DNA of 60,088 nt, filler included, from Porpidia crustulata (lineage: Eukaryota), in the NCBI GenBank assembly GCA_964255105.1. It is 4 parts of 4 records of this genome, joined end to end, with 100 filler letters (N's around TTAATTAATTAA, not from the genome) between each part and the next. Parts side by side here need not be neighbours in the genome. Positions count along the whole stretch, not along the records: positions 45,160 to 60,088 come from CAXUWE010000350.1; 3 more parts are not named here. One strand, 5' to 3'. Position 1 is the first letter of the stretch, and each line of letters starts with the position of its first letter. Of this stretch, positions 49,595-60,088 are shown one piece after another. The translations under genes and the position numbers were made by a program. The notes beneath the pieces were generated by a model. The model saw only the letters and a list, made by a program, of their open reading frames with translations. It was not told where the DNA came from and searched no databases.

Positions 49595-51858
49595 ATGTCG
49601 AGTATTGGTCTCTCCTCTGTTGACGCCTACACATTTGAGCTGCGAAAGCTACTTGCAAGGGCCAAGTTTGTCAAATCCAACGGCAGCATCGAGCCGCCGT
49701 TACTACTTCAAGACTTCGGAGGTGTAATTGAAGGAATTGAAAATATATCCGAAAGTGACATCACAGTGAACAAACAAGGCCACTACGCGGCAATTGAGAC
49801 CGCATCCCGGAATACATTCTATGATCTATTGGTAGTACATCATTCCATGGTTACATGAGGAGGTTGCTAAATTCGTAAGCTACCAACATCAATCGACGAT
49901 CCGTCCTTCAACGACATATGGAACATTCTCGACATTGTCCTTATTCTGTCCGATATAGGTACATGATGAAAAAATTCTTTTGGGGCGGAACAAAGGCTAA
50001 GATGCACTTAGAGCAATGCGAACCAGGTCTCGTCTTTTGGTTGGTGGAAGAGCTCCTCGACAGTCAAACTTTAGATGGATGTCGGATTATTTTTGATTAC
50101 CTGGATTCGCGGCGGGAGCGTATGACTGCTGTGAGTGCTACATAACCATATTGAAGGGCAAGGCATCAGTTGACATTTCCTCATCTCTAGAAACACTTCA
50201 AAAAAAAGGAGCTCATAATACTCAGGTCGTGTAACGAGCTTTTAAGGAGACTTTCGAGGGCTGAAGACACGGTATTCTGTGGGAGGGTCTTTATTTTTCT
50301 ATTCCAGAGCTTTCCGCTCGGTGATAAGAGTTCTGTCAACCTGAGGGGCGAATACCATGTCGAGAATGTGACTACATATGAACAAATTCATCCGAAGCAA
50401 GAGCATGACGATAATGAGGGCATGGAGGTCGATACAGAGGATGGGGTAAAGAATCCAAAAATCGAAGAGCATTCTCTAAGCGCAGCAGAATCGGCAGATG
50501 ACATTAAGAAGGCCACAAAGCCGCTTGAGGTACATGCAAAAACCATCAGTCTCGATCCCAATGCTTTACAAGAGCCGGCAGCAGTGCCAGATATGGATAC
50601 GCTTTATCCTGTGTTCTGGTCCTTGCAAGAGAGCTTTTCGACACCCACAAGACTTTTTGACGATCGAAACTTCCAATCATTTCAAGCTGGCCTAGAAATT
50701 ACAATGCGCAAGTTTAAGGCAGTCCATCAAGAACTACAAGATCGCGGTTCCGCGAAATTGCTCGACGAGAGCAAACGTGGCTTGAAGCGAAAGCGCAATG
50801 CTACGGACGACGAGCTATCGAGCAGCTTCAATCCTAAGTATTTAACGAGTAGAGATTTATTTGACCTAGAGGTACCTCCCAAATTTCATTTCGACATACG
50901 TCAGAAGTGAGGACTGATCCGATGCAGATGAGTGACCTTGCATTCCGACGCCATATTCTCGTGCAAGCATTAATCTTAATCGACTTTCTTTTATCTTTAA
51001 CTCCAAAATCCAAAAGAAAACTTGATCATACGACCAACAAGTCAGTACTTTACCAGTATACTATTAGTGAGGACAATGTAATGGCCGCCCTAGGTTGATC
51101 CTATGGTATGAGGAGAACTAAATGTATGTTTCTAGGCGAAATGGGCGACATCTACGAGATCGGAGATAGCAAACTACCTGCAGCAAGGTCCTGAAGGGAA
51201 GTTCTATTACCGCATGGTGGACACAGTGTTGTCGAGGGATAAAAATTGGGTACACTGGAAGGCCGAAGGATGCCCACTCATCGAACGTGCTCCAATATCT
51301 GCAGATGAATTCGCCGAAGCCATCAATGGAGCACAGAAGGCATGCCATCATAGAAGACTGAGGCCGACAGCCCTAGGATCGTTGAGCCTAACATTCCTCT
51401 CAGATGGAGAAGATGCTACTGGGCTGGACCGATTGAAAAACTCCGAAAGGTCAATCATTTAGTCATTGATCTTGTGAGAATTAGACTGACGATACGGCAG
51501 ATATGCAATCCCAACTGCGGAGTCATTCAGGGGCCCCATCCAGGACGATGACTTTGACATTGAAATGGCCAAAACAGACGAAGAGAAGGTCTTGGCGAGT
51601 AATGCACGGGCAAGCAAATTGTGGCGGACGCTACGCGTGGCCTCCAAGCGCAAGCTTAACCTTTTTGATAAGATCGATGACGGCAACAATCTTCAGGCGC
51701 TTTTTGAGCCGGAAGGCGCGGGGGATACAGTGGGTAAGGCGGACTGCGATGGGGACGAGCAGAGCGCACAGGATGCAACCCTAATCGAGGGGGAACAAAA
51801 GGCTGTTCAGGAATCCAAACTAGAGGCACCCTATGTGCCGGAAAGCATTGTCGTGTAA
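49595..51858 (+). CDS. THOC1: THO complex subunit 1 (Hpr1/p84), multi-exon
   Basis: LVFWLVEELLDSQTLDGCRIIFDYLDSRRE, LRSCNELLRRLSRAEDTVFCGRVFIFLFQSFPLGDKSSVNLRGEYH, FNPKYLTSRDLFDLE and LSRDKNWVHWKAEGCP. Confidence 0.92.
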
Positions 51859-54800
51859 ACATGTATTACCAACTAAGCAGTAGCAAGCACGGCAGGAACA
51901 TGATTGCTGGTCTAGCGGATGGAGTCGGCCACATGAAGACGCCGTATTGAGGATGTGGCGCTGAGGGATCACGCGTTTTGGGACTAGTATGGTTCTCATT
52001 AGGGAGGCTTAATCTAACGACCCTCGAACACCATCTCGAGTTCTGGTGCCCAGCTAAGTCGCTGGGCGCAAGTTGAAGATCGACTTCGGGGAGAGACAGA
52101 CGAGCTCTTCTTCTCATATGCATGGCAGGTTGACTCAAACGACTTCAAGTTTGCGCCGGTTCTCTTTTATCGCAACAGAACCCAAGCAGAATTTGCCAGC
52201 CCGGGAGCAAAACAGGGCACAGGGAATAACGCATACGCACTGTAGTATCTTACCCATTAGTAAGTACGGATGTACCTGACCTCGCTACCCTCACGATCAT
52301 CCTTTTGACAGCTGCGGACTACTGCCAGCGACATCGGTCCGAGATACCTTGTGTAGACAGTCCTCGACTCGAGTACCTGCAGTGTGCATCAGCAGTCACA
52401 CGCGAGCAGTATCCTTCCTCTCATTTCCTTTTGGCCGCCGCCGTCGCAACCCCTTTTCTTAGTCCATGACTGGAGAGTTGAGATTACATTTACATCTCAT
52501 ATCTATGGAGGATGCGGAATCATTCCACTCATCCTCGCAAATTGGCCGTTGGGTGGTGTCCCGGAGAAGGCCTCCAGAACACGTGCTCCATATTCATGAA
52601 AAAACATATATTACTCCTAAGTCTATTACAGTGTCAAAAATTACGTCTAATTCATCGCTGTCACACGCAAACGTCCCAGAGATTGCATCCACCAATGGAT
52701 AGTATTCCAACAGCTAGGACGCTGGCGGCAATTTACTTGAAACACGCTTTTGAATCTAGCGGTCCGACTAGTGCGAAGCTTCGATACATCTCTCGTCAAA
52801 CTTTCAACGCGAGATTGAAAACTTATCTGGTACGTGTTTAGCGATAAATCTAAAACGCGTCTTTAATCTTACAATCGGGAGAAAGCAAGAGATGGGCTGT
52901 GTCGCTCTCCCAACGCGATTGGCACATTGTTGAAAAGGACGTTGGATCAAATCTCAGAAGACCAGCAGTACGGAAATGCGCCTCGTCCTTACAGAAGCCA
53001 GCCTGCGCCTCAGCGACTTCGGATTAGGAGGGTTGGAATTAAAGCGTGATAGTCTATGTGGCATGGTCGCATGAGATGATGAGAGCAGTGGCGCTTCCGA
53101 GTCATGATCGCTAAGGCCCATGGCGAGCCCGATGTTTGCCCGGTCGGCACCTTCGTCAATAATATGCTTTCCCTTACATGATCGTTCGTGTGCCGTCTAG
53201 GCTTTCCAATCCGTCTAGGCCTTCCATCTCCTGAGTGTGAAACGGGCAACATGGTGTCACACAACGCTTTTGCATATGCGCCAACAAGGATCAATCGTGG
53301 GTGGTGCAACGAGGCCACAATCCTTATACCCTTTGGGCGTTGCGCCACTTTCCCACACGTCCATTCCCGCCTAAGTAAGGCATTAAACATATTGCTTATT
53401 TCGTCGACCCGAGATGACAATTCTAACGGCCAACAATTCGACGAACTTATCTGGTATTGGCTTGTCTTTTTGTGCTATCTGAGAAACTGAGAAGGCTCAA
53501 AGGCCGGCTCAGAGCTCTTACGTTCCATATGCTCGTTGCCTGCATAATCACTGGAATGGACCCAGCAGAATATGTTGCCTGAATCACATCAAAGATCCTG
53601 GGCGGGGTTGATGTATGGGCAACCACAGGAAGTGGGAACTAGGCCTGGAGCTACTAATGTCGAGGTGCAACCGGCTTTTTAGCCTTTGTGTATACCTCGC
53701 TGGGCGGCATGTCTAACCTTAAACAGCGCCTCCCCTGTCGTTTCAACGCTCCAGAGCCCAGGCAAAACCGTCAAAACCTGAATGTTAAAGCTAGCTCCTC
53801 GGCAGTTATGAGGATAAATCCTTGCTTGCGGACGCATGCCGGCAATCTCTAAACGCTAGCACGTGCATTCTGGTATATCTCTACAGACCAATCAGGGATG
53901 TGGCGCATCTCACTTTAATCTCAAAGATCGAAACGTCTGTTGTGGTACGGGTTCAGGTAGTTTTGTTGTGTTGACCCACCACACCCAACCCTATGCTTGG
54001 TTGATGGCGGGTATGGCAGAACGGAACCTTGTTTTTTCTGAAGCTTCCTCTGCTTCAGGCCATGACTCATCCGTGAGCTTGTTAATGCCCTCAACTGGAC
54101 GGCCCAATGGCGACTGAAGCCACCCAGCCTTCCAAGAACTGCCGCAGTTCCCGGGGTAGCGTCCCCGCGAGGTGCGGGCCAATCTACAAGAAGATTGCCA
54201 GTAAGCGTCCGTTCTGACATTACAGGCCTCCAGCTGACCCATCCAAGTACGGCCTGGTCAACGGTGCCATGACCGGGGACCTTTCTATGATGATGGGAGT
54301 TTATCGAACATCCTAGTGATCACGATAGATCGAATTTCGAATAAGACGTCCTCTAGGCATAGCCACAGCGATGATGAGGGGAAAGCGCCATTATTTCCTG
54401 CCTTCTCGTGCCTATGCAAGGCTGGTTTAACTGGGATAGCCGTTTGGCAATTCCAAATTGCAGGATTCATCTTGACGCTGTGCAAATGGGTGCAGAAGCA
54501 TTTTGCAAACAACGTCTAGTGGAACCAGACCTGCTTACATTATTCATTAATGTGCGAATTAGCCACTCTACTCTTCTTTAATTCCGCTGGCAATCATAAT
54601 AAAACCATTGTTGTTATTATTATTATTGTCGTTGTAGAGCCAGATAGAGGAACTGCTACCCCCGCACAGAGCAGCAAAGAGCCTTGAACTAGAAGTAAAG
54701 CTCCCCACCTCCATCCGATTTCGGGATCTTTGTCACCAAGTATCATCAGGGATTATTGGAGCCACGCATGTACGGTATCTAATCTCAGCCTTGACTAACC

Positions 54801-55054
54801 CTCGATTCCTGTTTTCTTTGTATAAATGCAATTTTATCACCCTTTCCTACGAGTTGAGCTGTTTGCTATATGCTTGATGGACGATGGAGCGCCTATAGGT
54901 CTTGAAAGCATTCGAACTCTTTGCTGCTGATTGCTGAGGTCGACCTTACCAATCGCGATCCTCGCCAAGCCTACTGTTACGATTCCTTGGTTCAGCAGGC
55001 AGCGGTATTGTTGAGTAATTCCTGGTTAACTGAAGTTTGGCAATCGATCCTTGG

Positions 55055-57012
55055 ATGTCAGCAGATCCTTCGACGTCTCTCGAACTTGAGTGGCGATCTG
55101 CTCGTACGTTGTCACTATTACCGGCCTGTCAAAGCGAGGGTTTTGACAGCACGTTGTTGAGCTCAGGATACTCGTCGACAAAGGCTACGATCGTTGCGAC
55201 CTCACCAATCGGGCACAAGAATACGCATTACCTCCATCTCGCTTGGCCCTCTTGTCCTCCGCCCAGCGATGATGGAGACTCAACCGTTCTAATATCTGAC
55301 CCTCATCAATTCGCCCATCTACGGTCCGAGCCGTACATCCAACCCCTACAGAGTATTATGATGGAAGGCTTGCCAATGGGTCAGGAAATTAGACCGTCTC
55401 CTACAGCCAATTCAGTCTCTCAATCCAATTCCGGCGAAACGCCAGCCGAAGCAGATGTTTCGTCAGAAGAAGAGGAAGAGCTTGCTCTGACGGCTTCTGA
55501 AGTAGAGGAGAGTGCTACCGACGTTGGAAATACGAGGCCGACAGTGGAGCGCACAACGGAGAGGCGCAAATTGAAACGATTTCGGTTAGTTAGCTGAAAG
55601 TATATCACCAACCCCAGCACCAAATTACTAAGCTTCTCACAGACTAACTCATAACCAAACTCGTTTCCTCACGAGTGAATTCACCCGACAAGCGCATCCT
55701 GATGTAGCACAACGGGAGAGACTGTCACGGGAGATCCCGGGGTTGAGCCCACGACAGGTCCAGGTATGGTTCCAGAACAGGTAAACATCTTGCGCCTTCA
55801 ATGAGTAGAATATCATTAACGCCAACTGACAGGCGAGCTAAGTTGAAACGGCTCACTGGGGATGATCAAGATCGGGTGATGAAATCAAGGGCGCCGCCAG
55901 AAGACTTTGACACCGCACAGGCATTACGTTCTGCGTTCGGAGGTTATCCGCGCTCCGTTGGAACTCCACTGATCTCTCCAAGCTACAGCGCTTCTTTTGG
56001 TGACACTGGGATGACTCGCACATCGCTGGTTGATGCTTTTAGACGTCAAGACGATCGTACAACTTCTCCAAATAGTATGCAGTCGGCTTCTGTAAACTAT
56101 TACACTTCATCAAGCTCTTACCCAGCGTCAGAAAATCTGTCACCGGTTTCGTCGATGAGTGAGAGTTCTCACTTTTTTGGGCCCTCCACGGCGCAGGTCC
56201 CTGGTCCACCGAGCACAACTTCATTCGCTCGATCTAGCAGTTTTCCCGCTCTCTATCATGGCTACCCAAATATCCAAGAGCTTCAAATCCACGAAGAACT
56301 TGCTACGCAGCAAAGTAGCTCGCTGACGTCCCCCAGAAGCCTCAACTTTTCTACTGGCAATTCTCCTGCCCGAGGAGAATCTCGAATTTTAGGTGATCCA
56401 GAGGCCTCCTATTTAGCGCAGCAAGACCATTTAGGAGGTAGCGCTTCCGACGCAACTCCTACTCCAGGCGTATCTAGCAACCAAACTATTCAAGATGGAA
56501 TGTTTCCACAAGAGAGTGCGAATGTGCTCATGGACCGGCACTGGCAGGACTTCCAATCGGCTGGTCTGGATTTCAGCGGGCCTGTCGTACCGTCTCTTCC
56601 AGCACATCTAGACATGCCCCAGGCGTATGGTGCTCTCGATGGACTTCCTACTAATTTGGAGACTCAGATAACGCAAGGCAGGCAGAATGCGTCGCTGGCG
56701 GTGCCCGAAAACCCTCATCTACCACAGGTAAGCGGACCGCAATACGCAGTCGCTTACAATATACCCTACTCTCCAATCTATCCCGGTCAAGCTCCTTACC
56801 CTAATCCTTTCCAAATGGTGCAAGAGGGGCACGTCGGAGAACAAGTGCCAGGGTCGTACTCTTCGGATGTCGCCTTCGGACTCCCGTCGCAACAACCTGA
56901 AACATCTGGATTCGAAAACATCAACAGTGGCACTAAGACCCTTCGCCCAAGGGGTAACATGGGAAGGCGAAGGTCTTTTACCCATCCGATGGATACCAAA
57001 TCTTATCGATAA
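55055..57012 (+). CDS. Homeobox transcription factor; introns 55585-55642 and 55781-55832; start codon uncertain
   Basis: Spliced homeodomain RRKLKRFR|LTHNQTRFLTSEFTRQAHPDVAQRERLSREIPGLSPRQVQVWFQNR|RAKLKRL. Confidence 0.9.
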
Positions 57013-59514
57013 CCTGACTTCCTTTACTTCAGATGATACCCCGGTTCAAGCGAGACGCCCCCAACATCGGTTTTTGCTGTCGGCTAAACAAGGAGCACCG
57101 GTATACAACATGGAGAGCTGCTTACTTTACTTTTACCCATTTCTTTTGTCGCCAAATTCTCTTTGTGAATGGCAGCGCTGGCGCAGTGAGCCCTTGATCC
57201 GGAGGACATCTGATCTTGCCGCACCTCGAGTTTCGCTGCGCGAACATGCCGGTTTTTGATACCAATTTGCTGGGAGCTGGGTCTTTTCCCTGTCTTTTTA
57301 TTTTGATTATATGATACCCGTCGCTACCAAAATTGACACTCGCTTGGTTGGAGTTTTGCTTTTCTTTATACCACGTCCCCGGATTGAGCTGGGCCATCAA
57401 TTGTACGGTACAAATATCAATTCATCTTTTTGTCCTCAGCATGACCGCTACGTTAAGGAAGTTCAGCGATCTCGACTCATTGACTCTAACGCACGTTTCT
57501 CATGGACTCGGTCCGTCTCCCCTATGCGCCAAACCGTGGCCTGTGATCTCGCATTCCTACTACCTTCAAGAAACGATCCTTCATTAACATCGGCAACGCC
57601 AAACCCGGAGATTCATCTCAAATTCCGCTGTACTTGGTGTTGTACAGAAAGTCGAATTTCATTGCGCTAGTAATCAGTGACCCCTATTCCCCTGCAGCCT
57701 ACCCCTACCCCTGCGCTAACTTTACACGGCTAAGTTGGAAAATCCAACCGAAACGTAACCGAGGCCCTTCAACCCCTTTTTCCGACTCTCAATGGGGAAA
57801 ACCCATACACCCGACCCTCCTGTCCGTTTCAGCCGTCCACAATTCTCTCCCAAGTCTCCATAATTGGCTTTCATGCTCATGCGCGATAGACTTTGCGCCT
57901 TGCACCGGCATACGGGAACGAATATACAAGGACCTTCTCAATTTGTCTATCGTCTAGGGTTCGTGAGGCATCGCTCCTGGCAGATATTGCTGATCCCCTT
58001 GTGGACCGTTTCCATAATTCATTTGGATGTTACAGATTTGTGCGACCAAAGACCGAAAGCTGAAAGCGGCTACTGGCAGGGGTTCGGTGTTTCCACCCTG
58101 ATTGCTAGAATATAGGTCTATAGTACGTCCTGATACCAATCTCCGTTCCACCCACCCATCGTTCATCCTTGAGCTACTCGAACCGCTGCACCCGAATTTG
58201 TCCGTATACTCACGCAGCTTGTAGCGAACCCTTTCCCATGCATTCGCCGCTGCTTCATTTTGACGCTTTACGTTTCTAGAAGCCGAAGTATCATATTCTA
58301 TGAATGACTCTCCTCTCGTTCCAGGCCAGAGTAGTCTTGTTGATAGAATTTCGGCTATTCAATAATATAGGAAAATCATTGCGGCTAGATTCCACCAGCG
58401 CTTGGCTCGCTACATCGGACATCGTGGTCATTGATGCGTTAGTACGCCTGTGCAACTGCAAAAGTCCATACAGTTGCTTCCGGCGCAATCTATCCTAGAC
58501 TTGTACTGACATTCCCTAGCAGCTAGACTAACATATACTGCTTGAGCGAATCTACTAAATATTCGAACTTCTCTCCCAGCTTGCTCCTAGGCCCCTCCAA
58601 AGGTGACGTTCTACGTTCTGCCCAGTACTGATAAAAGTTTCGCTTTGGCCAAATATTTGAGAGGATCCGGATTCCGTTAATGCGAGACACAAGCAAGCCT
58701 GACCCCTAGGACGACTATGCACATTCTCCCTGATCTACGGCGAGGTCGAATGAAGATTTAGGAAAAGGTATCCATGGCGTGAATTACCGTTCCAATGTCT
58801 CTCCATGAATCTGCGTGTGCTATACACTAATCTAAACAAATTTGAGGATGACGTATTTAATAGTAGATCAGACCCCGCATTCAATTATGAGTGTCGTATC
58901 CTTTCGAACCTCAAATTCTTCTCTTAGGTTCACGTCGGAAGGGCGTCAAGCTAGTATTTTACTGGCCTTCGCTAGCCGCACTGAGGCATATAGGTAGTTG
59001 ACAACAATGAACATTGCTTTAGCTTTCAATGCAGATGCTTTCTTGGGGTATGGTGTATCGCGACAAATACGGTGTATGTCTCACTTGCATATCTCATTCC
59101 TCCTCCTATATCAGGTGATATCTGTACATATGCTGGTTGCGTATGACAGTACTTTGGCTGCCATGCTTACTCTCTCTCTCGCCAAGCAACATCATCAATA
59201 TTTCCAAAATACTCCCTTCTCCCCTCCACCCCACCTCAAGCATAAATCTCTTCGTCAACCACGGCATCCCACTCCCCCCTCCTATGGTCCGACCCGTTGC
59301 TGTGGGTTTGGACTCCAACTCGACCTCGAAACCCACCCTATCCGCATCCATTGATATTTTCTGCTCAACGTCGCTCGTTGATAAGTTTTGATCCTTCAAT
59401 TCTGCTGCTTTTTTGCCTTGCTGCTATTGATATCAGTTGTCCTAACCCCAATTCAAAATCTATGGGATCTGGGCTGCCTTTTTTTCTTCTTTTTGTTTTG
59501 GATCATCATTGTTC

Positions 59515-59535
59515 ATGATGATGATGATGATGATG
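59515..59535. repeat. (ATG)7 microsatellite
   Basis: atgatgatgatgatgatgatg read directly. Confidence 0.85.
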
Positions 59536-59908
59536 TTGTTATTGTATCTAATATCCGTGATTTTTGAGAGGAAGATATGAGAAGCGTTCATTTTGTATCG
59601 AATATCTTGCGAGCAATTCTTTGTGTACAACCAGTTGAGATGAGTCTCGAATTATACGGTAAAAAAAGAGAGCGATAGTAAGAAGAGAGAAACTATGGCA
59701 GGATATATCCGTCAGTGTAGAGGTATGGATATCAAATATCAGCCACGATTTGCTTTTTTATACGTCATTCGTGATGATATCACATAGAACTCACGCATAT
59801 ACATACCTGTACAGCGCGGTTCCCAGATATCTGAAACGAGAAGAAGCCCTTTCGCGGCACAAGAAAGAGCAATACGGTATGAAGAAGATGAAATTTACTT
59901 TCCATCCC

Positions 59909-59930
59909 CATCTCCATCTCCATCTCCATC
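59909..59930. repeat. (CATCTC)3+ short tandem repeat
   Basis: catctccatctccatctccatc read directly. Confidence 0.7.
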
Positions 59931-60088
59931 CTTTCTCGCATCCGAAACGCATGGCAAACACAGAGAACTTTAAGGTTGTGTGAAGTATTAACGATAGATA
60001 TGATGGATGCGGAAATTTCTCTGGGATTGATGAAAAAGTGGAGGTTTGGAGGAGTGTGTTGAGGTTGTGGTCAGGGAGGGGGTTTTGG

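Noticed and set aside
1..60088. tRNA, rRNA, snRNA, CRISPR arrays, transposase or reverse transcriptase
   Set aside because: None recognised by eye. A tRNAscan-SE/Infernal/RepeatMasker run would be needed to exclude small or degenerate ones.

Overview
Filamentous ascomycete (Pezizomycotina) nuclear DNA with short GT-AG introns; a lichen-forming lineage is possible, but that is only an impression. The window is not one locus. It is four contigs (1-14962, 15063-30017, 30118-45059, 45160-60088; 14962, 14955, 14942 and 14929 bp, decreasing in size) joined by identical 100-nt N44-TTAATTAATTAA-N44 spacers. Contig 1: RasGAP, RRP6, MDM35, PRI1, a disrupted membrane-protein gene and the 5' end of SLD2. 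Contig 2: hapX (with an SreA site and a tandemly duplicated Cys-rich region), a probable secreted-protein gene, and an accessory redox/detoxification cluster that appears to be decaying. The cluster holds a cytochrome P450 reductase paralog with three in-frame TGA codons joined out of frame to a headless SDR, a fungal transcription factor with an in-frame TGA and no Zn2Cys6 domain, a second TF-like gene, a DHA2 MFS pump, and an FAD monooxygenase with TAG at a conserved Trp plus a frameshift. Contig 3: a LIM-RhoGAP (Lrg1-like), a tandem-UBC E2 with microexons, a GT34 (Mnn10-like) glycosyltransferase and a large single-pass membrane protein. Contig 4: Aquarius/Cwf11 head-to-head with THOC1/Hpr1, and a homeobox TF. 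No tRNA, rRNA, CRISPR array or recognisable transposon was seen. All assignments come from reading motifs by eye; no database search was run.
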